64,000 nucleotides of DNA from Candidatus Eiseniibacteriota bacterium (lineage in GTDB: Bacteria > Eisenbacteria > RBG-16-71-46): positions 1 to 64,000 of the forward strand of contig JBBRLX010000003.1 of the NCBI GenBank assembly GCA_038231135.1. The letters run 5' to 3'. Both the position numbers and the translations under genes were made by a program. Under the pieces are notes generated by a model, which was given only the letters and a program-made list of their open reading frames with translations, was not told the origin of the DNA and made no database searches. Positions within the stretch are counted from its first letter, which is position 1, and each line of letters starts with the position of its first letter. Shown here in pieces: positions 49,936-60,749 of the stretch.

Positions 49936-52900
49936 GCGGCGCCGCCCGGCCGCAGGGCACTCGACGGGCAGAACCGCGAGTAGGGGCAGAAGCTGCAGCG
50001 CCGGGGCTCGGGTGTGGCGGGGAACCGCGCGCTGCGGATGCCGGCAGCGGCCTCCATGATGCGCTGGCGGGCACGCACCAGATGCTCGGGCTTCACCTCC
50101 GCCGAGCCCACGAGGCCCGATTCCACGAACCGCAGCTCGACCCGCGCGGGCATGGTGCCGCGCGTCTCGAAGTAGGCGAGCGCGTAGATGCCGAGCTGCT
50201 CGTCCTTGAGGCTCTGCTCGGCGCGCTTGTCGGCGCGGTCGACGGCCTCGATCTCGGCGGTCTTGTAGTCCACGAGCACGATCTCGCCGTGGCGCTCGTC
50301 GATGCGGTCGAACCGGCCGATCACCGTCGCGGCCTCGACGGCGAACCGGAACTCCATCTCGATCGCGAGCGGTATCACACCGCTGTTGTCCTCGGCCTCG
50401 ACGAACCGGCGCAGGATCGCCTTGCCTTCCTCCTGGCGCAGGTCCTCGTGCTCGCGGGTGTAGAACCCCTCGCTCGACCACGCGCCGGTGAACGCGCCGA
50501 TCACGTCGTCGGTGGTGATCGGCAGGCCCTTGAGCTTGTGGCGATGGTAGATCTTGATCGCGTGGTGGATCGCGATGCCGAACATCATGCGCGGGTCGCG
50601 GGCGAGCGGGATCTGCGCGAGGTGGGCGTAGCGATACTTGAGCGGGCATGTCAGGTAGTCGTCGATCTGGTGGTGCGAAATCGTGATCGGCGCGTCGTCC
50701 GCCAGCGGCTGCATCTCGGGCACCGGCGCGTCGGTGCCGGGGGCGTAGCGGGCGATCGACTGCATCGCCGACGACGGCTCGGCGCGTCGCGGGGTCTCGG
50801 TGAGACCCAGCGCCTCGACCACGAACTTGCTGGTCTTGCGCAGCATCTTGCCGCCGTAGTCCGCGGCGTACGTCATCACCAGCCGGTCGCGCGCGCGCGT
50901 CACGCCCACGAAGAACAGCCGGCGCTCCTCGCGCTCGTGGTCGGCCTTCTCGTCCACCGCGCCGATGTACAGCTCGGGGGGCAGCGCCATGGTCTCGCTG
51001 CGCTGCCGCAGCGGAAACTTCTGCTCTGCGAGCTGCACCATGTACACCACCGGGAACTCGAGGCCCTTGGCGTTGTGGGCGGTCAGCAGGTGCACGGCGT
51101 TCTCGTCCAGCTCGATCTCGGCGGCGGACGGGTCGTCGCCGGCCTCGATCAGGAGATCGAGGTGGCGCATGAACTGGTCGACGCGATCCACCTTGAGCAA
51201 GGGGCCGATGCGAGCCGCGATGTGGAACAGCTTGTTCAAATTCTTCGCCTGCTCCACGGCCTCGAGGCTGCCGGCGCCGGCGAGCGATTCCAGGATGCCG
51301 CTCTCGGCCGCGAATTCGTACAGCACCTCGGTGGTCGGCCGGCGCACCGCGCTGCTGGCGAGCCGGCGGTGCAGCTCCGCGAACGACACGATTGCCGTGC
51401 GCGACGCGGCCGACAGGTCGAACGACGCGTCGCGCGCCGCGGCGGTCGCGATCGCGAGCAGGCCCTGGTTGCGTCGGCGCGCGTGGGCCGACAGCCGTGC
51501 CAGGTCCACGGCGTCGACGCTATAGAGCGGATGGCCCAGCACCTGGTGCACCGAGGGACCGTCATCGGGATCGGCGATCGCGCGCAGCACGTTGAGGCAT
51601 AGCTGCACCTCGGTGCGGCCGTAGAGGCCGCGCGTGTTTGCGCGCTGGAACGGAATGCCCCTGGCCTTGAGCGCGGCGGCGAACGGCTCGAGGTGCGTGT
51701 GCGCGCGGGCGAGGATCGCGATGTCGCCGGGGGCGAGCGTGCCTTCGGCGAGCGTCTGTTCGATGGATGCGATGACCGCGTCGGCCTCGTTGCTCGCCGT
51801 GCGGTAGGTCTCGTGCTCGACCACGCCGGGTTCCGGGCGGTGGGCCCGCAGCCGCTTGTCGAGGTTCGCCTTGAACTCGAGCCGCTCCGGATTGTTGCGC
51901 TGGATCAGCCGGTGCGCGACGTCGAGGATCGCCTGGCCCGAGCGGTAATTGCGGGTCAGCAGCACCATCTTCGAGTTGGCGTAGGTGTCGCGGAACTGCA
52001 GCAGGTTCTCGACCTTGGCGCCGCGGAACCGGTAGATGCTCTGGTCGTCGTCGCCGACCACGGTCACGTTCGGCCGGCGTCCCGCGAGATGCTTCACCAG
52101 CTCGAACTGCACGTGGTTCGTGTCCTGGAATTCGTCGACCAGGACGTAGCGATAGCGCTCGGCGTATTCGCGGCGCAGGTACGGCCGCTCGCGCAGCAGC
52201 CGCAGCGCAAGGCTGATCTGCGAACCGAAGTCGATGCGGCCGTTCGTCAGCAGCAGCTGCTGGTAGGCGGCGTACGCGGTCGCCTTCTCGAGCTCCATGT
52301 CGGCGCGATCGCGGTCGGCGTCGGTGGTCGCCGCTGCCGCCAGCTCGTGCGCGAACGCCAGATACCGCTCGGGCGACACGTCCTCGTCGCGCGCGCGGTC
52401 GAACAGCGTCACCAGCGCATCGAGGTGCTCGTCGGGCCGGCCGAGCGGCAGGTAGCGCCTGAGTCCCAGCTCGAACAGGTGTTCGCGCAGGAACACCAGG
52501 ATCTCGGCGCGGCTCTCGACGCGGAGCTGGGTCGTGAGCCCGAGCTCGACCGCGTGCTCGCGCAGCATGCGGTCGCCGAACGCGTGGAACGTGCAGATCG
52601 TGGTGCCGGTGAAGCCGTAGGGGACCAGCTCGTCGACGCGCGCCTCCATCTCGGCGGCGGCCTTTTCCGTGAACGTCAGCGCCAGGATCTGCTCGGGGCG
52701 CGCCTTCTTGGCCGCGATCAGCCACGCGATGCGGCGCGTGACGACCTGGGTCTTGCCGGTGCCGGCGCCCGCGACGATCAGCAGCGGGCCCTCGCCGTGT
52801 GTGACGGCGGCGCGCTGCTCGTCGTTCAAGCCCTCGAGGATCGCGTCGGCGGCGCTGCGCGGGACGGCGGGCTCGATCGCGGCCTCGGCCGGGTCCGCCA

Positions 52901-52961
52901 CCGTGGCCGGGCCGAACAGCTCGAGCGACGGGTCCCCGGGCCGGGCGCGGGGGGTGGTCAA
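49932..52961 (-). CDS. UvrD/PcrA-like helicase with C-terminal PD-(D/E)XK Fe-S nuclease (AdnA/AdnB-like)
   Basis: AGAGTGKT, LTFTEKAA, VDEFQD, GDDDQSIY, NYRS, AKGLEF. Nuclease TCP...GRFDRID...VDYKT...CSFCPYSRFC. TTG start overlaps the upstream TGA; start approximate. Confidence 0.9.
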   Translation of the reverse strand: MTTPRARPGDPSLELFGPATVADPAEAAIEPAVPRSAADAILEGLNDEQRAAVTHGEGPLLIVAGAGTGKTQVVTRRIAWLIAAKKARPEQILALTFTEKAAAEMEARVDELVPYGFTGTTICTFHAFGDRMLREHAVELGLTTQLRVESRAEILVFLREHLFELGLRRYLPLGRPDEHLDALVTLFDRARDEDVSPERYLAFAHELAAAATTDADRDRADMELEKATAYAAYQQLLLTNGRIDFGSQISLALRLLRERPYLRREYAERYRYVLVDEFQDTNHVQFELVKHLAGRRPNVTVVGDDDQSIYRFRGAKVENLLQFRDTYANSKMVLLTRNYRSGQAILDVAHRLIQRNNPERLEFKANLDKRLRAHRPEPGVVEHETYRTASNEADAVIASIEQTLAEGTLAPGDIAILARAHTHLEPFAAALKARGIPFQRANTRGLYGRTEVQLCLNVLRAIADPDDGPSVHQVLGHPLYSVDAVDLARLSAHARRRNQGLLAIATAAARDASFDLSAASRTAIVSFAELHRRLASSAVRRPTTEVLYEFAAESGILESLAGAGSLEAVEQAKNLNKLFHIAARIGPLLKVDRVDQFMRHLDLLIEAGDDPSAAEIELDENAVHLLTAHNAKGLEFPVVYMVQLAEQKFPLRQRSETMALPPELYIGAVDEKADHEREERRLFFVGVTRARDRLVMTYAADYGGKMLRKTSKFVVEALGLTETPRRAEPSSAMQSIARYAPGTDAPVPEMQPLADDAPITISHHQIDDYLTCPLKYRYAHLAQIPLARDPRMMFGIAIHHAIKIYHRHKLKGLPITTDDVIGAFTGAWSSEGFYTREHEDLRQEEGKAILRRFVEAEDNSGVIPLAIEMEFRFAVEAATVIGRFDRIDERHGEIVLVDYKTAEIEAVDRADKRAEQSLKDEQLGIYALAYFETRGTMPARVELRFVESGLVGSAEVKPEHLVRARQRIMEAAAGIRSARFPATPEPRRCSFCPYSRFCPSSALRPGGAA

Positions 52962-54055
52962 GTCCGCAGCCGCGGCACGCGCCAGTCGATCGGCGCGCGA
53001 TTGAGCCGGCGGGCGCCTTGATCGGTGACGGCGACCAGGTCCTCGAGCCGCACGCCGAACGCGCCCGGCAGGTAGATGCCGGGCTCCACGCTGTGCGTCA
53101 TGCCCGCGCGCAGCAACTCGCGATTGCCGGCGACGATGTAGGGCGGCTCGTGGACTTCGAGGCCGACGCCGTGGCCGGTGCGGTGGACGAACTCCGCGCC
53201 ATGGCCGGCGGCCTCGATCACCGAGCGCGCGGCGCGGTCGACCGACTCGGCGGTGACGCCCGGCTTGAGCGCCGCGATCGCCGCGGCGCGCGCGGCGTTC
53301 ACCGTGTCGAATACGGCGATGAATTCGGCGGGCGGCGTGCCCATGAAATACGTGCGCGTGATGTCCGACACGTAGCCGTCGGTGACCGCGCCCAGGTCGA
53401 GCATCACGACGTCGTCCTCGCGGATGCGGTCGCCCGAGGTGAAGTGATGGGGCAGCGCCGAGTTCGCTCCCGCCGCGACGATCGCCCACGCGCCGTCGTC
53501 GCCCGCGGCCTCGAACGCCTCGAAGATCATGCGGGCGACGTCCTGCTCGGTCATGCCCGGCGCCATGCGGTCGGCGACGGCCTCGACGATCGCGTCGGCG
53601 TGCCCGGCGGCGCGCTCGAGCGCCGCCAGCTCCTGCGCGTCCTTGACGGCGCGCAGCGGCCCCAGCACCTCGGTGGCGGGCCGGCAGCGCACCAGCCCGG
53701 CCAGCCTGAGCAGCGGGGACACGCGCAGGCCTTCGCCCAGCAGCAGCGTGGACGCGGCACCCAGCCCCATGCGGCGCTCGAGCCGCTCGATCGGGTCCTC
53801 GGCCTCGGTCCACACCTCGAGCGCCAGCCACGGGCACTCCCGGCCCAGCATCTCGGCTTCGAGCGCCGGCACCACGGCGAAGGGGTCGCCGCGGGCGGGC
53901 ACCGCGATCGCGACCAGCCGCTCGGTCGCGCGCGCCCGGGCGCCGGTGAGCCAGCGGAAGTCGGGCGACGCCGGCACCAGCAGCCAGTCCGCCGCCGCGC
54001 GCGCGAGCGCCGCCTGCACGCGCTCGAGGCGCGCCGTCGTTCCCGTGGCCGTCAT
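52958..54055 (-). CDS. Xaa-Pro peptidase (M24B) family protein
   Basis: NSALPHH, DLG...YVSDITRT, HRTGHGVGLEVHE, EPGIY, GVRLED. Confidence 0.92.
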   Translation of the reverse strand: MTATGTTARLERVQAALARAAADWLLVPASPDFRWLTGARARATERLVAIAVPARGDPFAVVPALEAEMLGRECPWLALEVWTEAEDPIERLERRMGLGAASTLLLGEGLRVSPLLRLAGLVRCRPATEVLGPLRAVKDAQELAALERAAGHADAIVEAVADRMAPGMTEQDVARMIFEAFEAAGDDGAWAIVAAGANSALPHHFTSGDRIREDDVVMLDLGAVTDGYVSDITRTYFMGTPPAEFIAVFDTVNAARAAAIAALKPGVTAESVDRAARSVIEAAGHGAEFVHRTGHGVGLEVHEPPYIVAGNRELLRAGMTHSVEPGIYLPGAFGVRLEDLVAVTDQGARRLNRAPIDWRVPRLRT

Positions 54056-54126
54056 GTTGGGACGCTAGCACGGGAGCCGAGTGCGTTCCAGAGTACCGCG
54101 CGATGTGCGCTACACTGCGTGATTCC

Positions 54127-55713
54127 ATGGACGGACCCACCCGGTTCACCGCATCCGCGCTGCGGCGCGCGAACGCCCGATCGAGATTCGCGATCGTGGT
54201 GGCGAGCGCGTTCGCGATCGCCACCGCTGGCTGTGCCCAACATCACCTGGCGCCGGTCACGAACCTGTCGTGGGCGCTCGGCGGTTCCGAGCCGCCGTTC
54301 GATCCCGAGGGTCCGCCCGATGTGCGGCGCTGGGCGCTCGAGCGACTGCTGACGCGCGGGCTCGTCGACGAGGAGCGCGACGGCGCCATCGTTCCCGCCG
54401 CCGCCGAATCGATTCTCGTCTCGGACGACAGCCTCACATGGACGTTCCGCCTCAAGTCCGGGCTCGTGTTCAGCGACGGCACGCCGTGCCGCAGCGCCGA
54501 CTTCGCGCGCGAGCTGACGGGCGGGCTCGGGCGCGCCGACCATGCGACGCGCTCGTGGACGCTCGCCGCGGTGCGCGGCGTGGACGCGGTGCGCGTGGGC
54601 AAGCCGCTGCCCGCGCTCGGCATCGAGACGCCGGACGACCGCACGCTGGTGCTGCGGCTCGTCCGCCAGGACCGGCTGCTGCTGCGCAAGCTCGCGATGC
54701 CCGGCGTCAGCGACGCGTGGTCCACCGGGTCGGGAGCGACGTGGAAGGGCGCGCGTGGCCTCGGCCCATTCCGCGTGGCCGCGGCGGATTCCGGGCGCCG
54801 CATGTGGCTGGTGCCGGTAGGCAAACCCCAAACGTTCGGCGCCTGGGTCGAGCCCGAGACGACGCTGATTCGCTTCGGCCTCACGCCCGCGCGCGTCCGT
54901 GCCCTGCAGCGCAACCACGCGGTGGACCTGGTGTGGCCGCTGCCGGTCGGCATGCTCGACCAGGCGCTGCCCGACGGCTTCCGCAGCGCGACAGCGCCGG
55001 CGCGTCCGCGGCGACTGATGCTGCTGGTGATGCGCGCCGACCTGCCGCCCACATCTAAGCTCGCGGCCCGGCAGGCCCTCGCTCACGGGATCAATCGCGA
55101 CGACGTCGTGCGCCTGCTGGGTCAGGATGCCGATCGGCGGACATCGTGGATCGTGGGCGCCGGCCCCGCGGACTTTCCGACACTCGACGGCGGGCAGATT
55201 CAGTTGTGGATGGACCGCGGCAAGCTGGGCCGTTCTTTCCACGTCGATCTGGCGTTCCGCGGCGACGGCGAAGGCGCGAGCATCGCTCGCACCATGCAGG
55301 GCGACTGGTCGCGGTATTCGATCTACATCGAGCCGACCCCGATGCGCGGCGAGCGCTGGACCGAGGAGGCGCTCAACGGGTCGACGCACCTGTTGCTGGT
55401 CGAATCGCAGGCGCCGCTCGATGACGTGTCAGCCGAGCTGGCGCAACTCGTGATGCCGCTGCGCGGTCCGGCGGTGGGCACCTGGCGGTCCGGCTGGCGG
55501 ACCCGGGAGTTCGACGCCGCGATCGGCTGGAAGGCGGCGGTGGCGCCCCCGGACCCCGAGGTCATTGCACAACGCCTCGAGCAGGAGCTGGTGGCGCTGC
55601 CGCTCGCCGAACTGCCATGGGCGTGGATCCAACGTGAAGGGACGCCTGATGTTCCGGTACATCCCCACTTCGGTCCCGAGTGCCTGATCCCGGTGCCGGC
55701 CAAGGCCCCGTAA
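54127..55713 (+). CDS. Family 5 (peptide/nickel) ABC substrate-binding lipoprotein, divergent
   Basis: Lipobox-like TAGC. VPAAAES...SDDSLTWTFRLKSGLVFSDGTP and ARQALAHGINRD. Confidence 0.75.
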   Translation: MDGPTRFTASALRRANARSRFAIVVASAFAIATAGCAQHHLAPVTNLSWALGGSEPPFDPEGPPDVRRWALERLLTRGLVDEERDGAIVPAAAESILVSDDSLTWTFRLKSGLVFSDGTPCRSADFARELTGGLGRADHATRSWTLAAVRGVDAVRVGKPLPALGIETPDDRTLVLRLVRQDRLLLRKLAMPGVSDAWSTGSGATWKGARGLGPFRVAAADSGRRMWLVPVGKPQTFGAWVEPETTLIRFGLTPARVRALQRNHAVDLVWPLPVGMLDQALPDGFRSATAPARPRRLMLLVMRADLPPTSKLAARQALAHGINRDDVVRLLGQDADRRTSWIVGAGPADFPTLDGGQIQLWMDRGKLGRSFHVDLAFRGDGEGASIARTMQGDWSRYSIYIEPTPMRGERWTEEALNGSTHLLLVESQAPLDDVSAELAQLVMPLRGPAVGTWRSGWRTREFDAAIGWKAAVAPPDPEVIAQRLEQELVALPLAELPWAWIQREGTPDVPVHPHFGPECLIPVPAKAP

Positions 55714-55879
55714 GTTTGATCTCGATTGTCGTTGATCCCTGTCTGAACACAATCTAAACTTCTGATGCGCGCTCCGAACCCCCTTCCGAGCGTGGTAACC
55801 ACCTTGAGACGGATGCCCCCGCTGTAAGCCCCAGTGGTATCCGGGCATCGTTCTCACGCCTGGCCCAGGAAGGTCCCCC

Positions 55880-58800
55880 ATGATTCGTCGGAACTCTGCC
55901 GTGGTGTGTGCTGGATTCCTGTGTGTGTCGCTGTTCGCCGCCGCCGTGCAGGCCGCGACGGTGGAGCGTGAATTCCGCTATTCATCCGACCGGATTCACG
56001 TGAACGCGGCGCAGGGGACCGTCGATGTCGATCTGCCCGGCGCCACACGCGAGTTCCGCCCCGGCCGCCCCGACCTGCCGCTCGTCACCGAACGTGTGGA
56101 CCTGCCGGACGGCATGCGCGTCACCGGCGTGCGGGTCATCGAGCTGGTCACGGCGCCGCTCGGACCGCGCGTGAAACTCGCGAGCTCGATGGTGGTGAAG
56201 CCGGGACTCGGTGCGATCGCCCGCACCCCCCCCGACGCCCAGTTTTTCTCCCGGCCGGGCATGCAGCCCGAAATTCCGGTGTCGCTCGGCTATCAGGGCT
56301 TCCAGCGCGGCCAGCACGTGGCCCTGCTCGCGGTCGCGCCCGTGCGCTGGAACGCCGGCACCGGGGCGCTCGAGCACATCACCCGGCTGCGCGTGTCGCT
56401 CACGCTCGAGCCGTCCACCGAGGTGGCGCTGCGCCGCGAGCGCATCGTGCCCGAGTGGGAGGACGACCGGCTGTTGACGGCGCCGGGCCGTGTGATGCCG
56501 CCCGCGTCGCTCGGCATGCGCGCCAATGCCGTGGGCCGCATCCAGAAGCCGGTGTTCGCCGCGACCCAGCTGCCGTCGCTGCTGGGCAGCCCGGTCGCTT
56601 ACGTGATCGTGACGAGCGATTCGATGGCGGCCCAGTTCCAGCGCCTCGCGGACTGGAAGACCCAGACCGGCGTGCCGGCGGTCGTGCGCACGATGACCAC
56701 GATCCGCCAGCAGTATCCGTACGCGTCGGACGATGCCGACCGCGTGCGCCAGTTCGTGCGTGACGCCTACACGCGATGGGGCACCAAGTGGCTGCTGCTC
56801 GGCGGCGACGTTGACGCGGTTCCGTCGCGGACCGCCTACACCACATTCTACGAGCCGGGCGGCGAGAACATCCCGACCGACATGTACTACTCGTGCCTCG
56901 ACGGCAACTGGAACGCCGACGGCGACAGTCTCTACGGTGAGGGGTATCTCGACGCCACCGACCCCGGTGACGCGGCCGACATGCTGCCCGAGGTCTACGT
57001 CGGCCGCGCGCCGGTAACCACCTCCGCCGACGCGAAGCTGTTCGTCGACAAGACGCTGCAATACGAGAAGACGCCGGTCGGCGACTACGAGAATACGGTG
57101 CTGTACTTCGCCCAGGTGCTGTTCCCGGAGAACTGGACGCCGGGCCAGTTCGTCTCGCTGGACGGCGCCGCATTGGCCGAGGAGACGCTGCCCTACCTGC
57201 GTGCGCATGGCGGAATCCACTATGCGCGGCTCTACCAGAACTACACCGATTCCACCTGGGAGCCCGGCTCGCTGCCCGAGAACCGGACTTCGGTGCTCGA
57301 TTCGCTCGACCGCGGCTACAACATGGCGGTGCACATCGGTCACGGCTACCGCAATGTCATGGCGGTGGGCTACCAGCAGAACCTGGTGAACGCGGACGCG
57401 CTGGCCCTGACCAACGGCAACCGACTCATCAACCTGTATTCGATCAATTGCACGTCGAATGCGATCGACTTCCCGTCGATCGGCGAAGCGTTCCTGCTCG
57501 CCGCCAACGGTGGCGCGGTGACGAACGTCGGATCGACGCGGCTCGACTTCCCGTCGGCCGGCCGCAGTTACCAGAAGGAATATTTCAAGAAGGTGTTCCA
57601 GGACAGCGTCACCGCGGTGGGTGAGGCGGCGGCGGATCAGAAGCTGCCGTTCGTGACCTATTCCACGAGCGACAACGTGAACCGGTGGATGGAGTTCACG
57701 CTGATCCTGCTCGGCGACCCCGAACTGCGCATGTTCACCGCGAAGCCGCGCACGCTGACGGTGACGAATCCGGCGTCGATTCCGATCTCCGACTCCACGC
57801 TGACGGTGAACGTCAAGGTCGCGGGCGTCGCGCTCAAGGGCGCGCGGGTGACGGCCTACAAGGTGAACGACGAATACCGCATCGGCACCACCGACGCCGC
57901 CGGCAACGTGGTGCTGCCGTTCCGTCCCGACACCGCCGGCACCGTCACGCTGACCGTGAACGCGTACGACGCGCGGCCCTACCAGGTGCAGGTCCCGATC
58001 GTCGCGGGCGCCCAGCCGGTGATGGCCGAGGGCTCGCCGGTGATCGACGACGACAACCTGGGCGGCACGAGCGGTAACGCGAACGGCCTCGTCGACGCCG
58101 GGGAAGTGGTCGACCTCAAGGTGCAGATCCGCAACAACGGCAGCGCGACCGCGTCCGGCGTGACCGGCACGCTGTCGTCGTCCGATCCCTACGTCACCGT
58201 GATCCAGCCGACCGTGTCGTACGGCACGGTGGCTGCCGGCGCCACCTCGGCGGTGTCCGTGGCCTACCGCATCAACGTCCCGCTCACGACGCCGGACGAT
58301 CGCGAAGTCTCGTTCAACCTGCGGCTGGCCGACGGCGCCGGCCGGACATGGAACGAGCGGATTTCCGTGGTCAGTCACGCACCGTCGATCCGCCACTATT
58401 CGGAGACCGTGATCGACACCGGCATCAATCCCAACGGCCGCCCCGATCCGGGTGAAACGGTGCAGTACCTCGTCAAGCTCCGCAACGTCGGCACGGGTGT
58501 GGCGCAGTCGGTGACCGCGAAGCTGCGGTCGTGGAACGGCCTCGCCTCGGTCACCGACAGCACCGCCACGTGGGGCACGATCAATCCGGGTGAGGAGAAG
58601 CAGGGCGACGCGATGGTGTTCATTCCCACGAGCACGAACGCGATCCTCCAGTTGCTCGTGTCGGACGCGCATGGCCTCGTGTTCTCGAAACTGCTCGACC
58701 TGCATCAGCCGCCGTCCCCCGTCGATCTGAGCGGGCTCGGCTCCACGTCGAGCATCCCGCTGACATGGGGTCACTCGGCGGTGCCCGATCTGCTCGGCTA

Positions 58801-60643
58801 CAACGTGTACCGTTCGGCCAGCGCCGCGGGCCCGTTCACCAGGCTGACGCCGATCCCCACCGAGCGCACGTCCTACTACGTCGACGCCAGCCTGGCGACG
58901 CTCACTCGTTACTACTACCAGGTCACCGCGGTCGATTCCTCCGGCAACGAGTCCGACCGGTCGCCGGTCGTGTCCGTCAGCACGAACCCGCCGTACCACA
59001 CGAACTTCCCGTTCCCGATTCCGGCGGCGTCGAATTCGCCGGTGGCCGTGGACCACGTGTGGCCGGGCTATCCGCTGAGCATCGTCACGGGCACAGGCGA
59101 CGTGATCTACGCCTGGAATCCAGATGGCTCGGCGCCGGTCGATGCCGACGGCTCGGGCGCGACCAGCGGTGATTTCACCACCCGCGGCCACAACTACGTC
59201 GCACCGGTTTCGATCGGCGACCTCGATGGCGACGGCTCCAAGGAGATCGTCGCCTCGTCGTGGGACTCGCTGCGCACATACGTGTTCAACAAGAACGGAC
59301 AGGTGGAGCCTGGCTGGCCGGTCGCGACGGCGCAGCCGGTGTGGTCGGCCGCCGCGATCGCGGACCTCGACAACGACGGCAAGAAGGAGATCGTGTTCGG
59401 GTCGAACTACTATTACGTGTACGCGTTCCATTCGGACGGCACCGAGGTGCGCGACGGTGACGCGAACCCGGCGACCGTCGGAGTGTTCAAGTCGATGCCC
59501 GTGCCCTGGAACTTCGCCACGCCCTCGATCGCGGACATCGACGGTGACGGCCGCAAGGAAGTGATCCTGGCCGCGCCGAACGGCACCGTGTTCGCGCTGC
59601 GGTCGGACGGCACGACGCCGGCCGGATGGCCGGTAAACCTGGGATCGACAGGCGGTGTGAACATCACCGGCTCGTCCGCGATCGGCAGCCTCGACGGCAC
59701 TTCGGAGCTATCCATCGTGATCCCCATGCAGCGTGACCCGTCGGGCGCCGACTCGATGTACGTGCTGCGTCCGAACGGGCAGCGCAAGCCGGGCTGGCCG
59801 CAGCCGATTTCGTGTGGTGGCATGAGCCTCGCGCCGTCCCCGGCGCTCGCGGACATGAACAACGACGGCAAGCTCGACGTGGTCTACGCCGGCACCGACG
59901 GCAGGCTCTACGTGTACTCCGGCAACGGAGTGCCGATCGCTCCGCTCAACGGAGTGCGGTTCAGCACCATCGTCCGCTCGTCCGAGGGCGGCGCGACGAC
60001 GTGCAGCCCGGTGGTGGCGGATATCAACGGCGACGGCCTGAACGACGTGGTGATCGGGGACGAGCTCGGGTTCCTCACTGCGATCAGCGGCGACGGCACC
60101 GTGCTGCCCGGGTTCCCGATCCACCTCGGCGCCGAGATCCAGGGCAGCCCGGCGCTGTGCGACCTGGACGGCGACGGCCTGACCGAGATCGTGTTCTCGG
60201 GAATGGACCAGCAGGTCCACGTGTGGGACTACGACTTCCCGTTCTCGCCCAATGGTCCCGCGCCGTGGCCGCAGTTCCACCACGACGCGGCGCGCACCGG
60301 GTTCGCGGGCAGCCCGATATTCACCGGCGTCGGCGACCCGCCGGTGACCCAGGTGCGCACCGTAGAGTTCGCGGCACCCACGCCGAATCCGGCGCCATCG
60401 GCCACGCGGATCGCGTGGGCGGTGCCCGCCGACCGCGTCGGATCTCCGCTCGATATTTCGATCTACGACCTGTCCGGCCGCCGGATCCTCGATCTCGTGC
60501 ACGGCACCGCCACGGCCGGCCGGTACTCGAGGACCTGGGATCTGCGCGACGAGCACGGTGCCCGGGTTCAGGCCGGCGTGTTCTTCGTGAAGATGGCGCT
60601 GGGCGGCGAAGCCCACACGCACAAGCTCGTGATCCTGAACTAG
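55880..60643 (+). CDS. Gingipain-family (C25) cysteine peptidase with propeptide, FN3, FG-GAP repeats and FlgD-Ig/CTD-like C-terminus
   Basis: PGRPDLP propeptide. LLLGGD...TDMYY...VGRAP. HIGHG / INC catalytic dyad, LLGDP. GYNVYRS FN3. DLDGDG repeats. PNP...YDLSGRRI...WD...GVFFVKM. Confidence 0.85.
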   Translation: MIRRNSAVVCAGFLCVSLFAAAVQAATVEREFRYSSDRIHVNAAQGTVDVDLPGATREFRPGRPDLPLVTERVDLPDGMRVTGVRVIELVTAPLGPRVKLASSMVVKPGLGAIARTPPDAQFFSRPGMQPEIPVSLGYQGFQRGQHVALLAVAPVRWNAGTGALEHITRLRVSLTLEPSTEVALRRERIVPEWEDDRLLTAPGRVMPPASLGMRANAVGRIQKPVFAATQLPSLLGSPVAYVIVTSDSMAAQFQRLADWKTQTGVPAVVRTMTTIRQQYPYASDDADRVRQFVRDAYTRWGTKWLLLGGDVDAVPSRTAYTTFYEPGGENIPTDMYYSCLDGNWNADGDSLYGEGYLDATDPGDAADMLPEVYVGRAPVTTSADAKLFVDKTLQYEKTPVGDYENTVLYFAQVLFPENWTPGQFVSLDGAALAEETLPYLRAHGGIHYARLYQNYTDSTWEPGSLPENRTSVLDSLDRGYNMAVHIGHGYRNVMAVGYQQNLVNADALALTNGNRLINLYSINCTSNAIDFPSIGEAFLLAANGGAVTNVGSTRLDFPSAGRSYQKEYFKKVFQDSVTAVGEAAADQKLPFVTYSTSDNVNRWMEFTLILLGDPELRMFTAKPRTLTVTNPASIPISDSTLTVNVKVAGVALKGARVTAYKVNDEYRIGTTDAAGNVVLPFRPDTAGTVTLTVNAYDARPYQVQVPIVAGAQPVMAEGSPVIDDDNLGGTSGNANGLVDAGEVVDLKVQIRNNGSATASGVTGTLSSSDPYVTVIQPTVSYGTVAAGATSAVSVAYRINVPLTTPDDREVSFNLRLADGAGRTWNERISVVSHAPSIRHYSETVIDTGINPNGRPDPGETVQYLVKLRNVGTGVAQSVTAKLRSWNGLASVTDSTATWGTINPGEEKQGDAMVFIPTSTNAILQLLVSDAHGLVFSKLLDLHQPPSPVDLSGLGSTSSIPLTWGHSAVPDLLGYNVYRSASAAGPFTRLTPIPTERTSYYVDASLATLTRYYYQVTAVDSSGNESDRSPVVSVSTNPPYHTNFPFPIPAASNSPVAVDHVWPGYPLSIVTGTGDVIYAWNPDGSAPVDADGSGATSGDFTTRGHNYVAPVSIGDLDGDGSKEIVASSWDSLRTYVFNKNGQVEPGWPVATAQPVWSAAAIADLDNDGKKEIVFGSNYYYVYAFHSDGTEVRDGDANPATVGVFKSMPVPWNFATPSIADIDGDGRKEVILAAPNGTVFALRSDGTTPAGWPVNLGSTGGVNITGSSAIGSLDGTSELSIVIPMQRDPSGADSMYVLRPNGQRKPGWPQPISCGGMSLAPSPALADMNNDGKLDVVYAGTDGRLYVYSGNGVPIAPLNGVRFSTIVRSSEGGATTCSPVVADINGDGLNDVVIGDELGFLTAISGDGTVLPGFPIHLGAEIQGSPALCDLDGDGLTEIVFSGMDQQVHVWDYDFPFSPNGPAPWPQFHHDAARTGFAGSPIFTGVGDPPVTQVRTVEFAAPTPNPAPSATRIAWAVPADRVGSPLDISIYDLSGRRILDLVHGTATAGRYSRTWDLRDEHGARVQAGVFFVKMALGGEAHTHKLVILN

Positions 60644-60749
60644 CCGCATTCGCGCGGGCACCCCGCCTGCGCTAGATTCCGCTGGCTTCGGACGCCGTGT
60701 CCTTCGGGGCGCGGCGTTCGTATTTGAATCGCCAGGGGACGAGGACTTC

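Noticed and set aside
49932..50700. Cas4-like Fe-S PD-(D/E)XK nuclease as a sign of CRISPR
   Set aside because: It is fused to a UvrD helicase; no other cas genes or repeat-spacer array were seen in the window.
49932..54224. 1430-aa ORF as one giant helicase
   Set aside because: The first ~420 aa are an off-frame shadow of the Xaa-Pro peptidase; helicase motifs start after about 52961.
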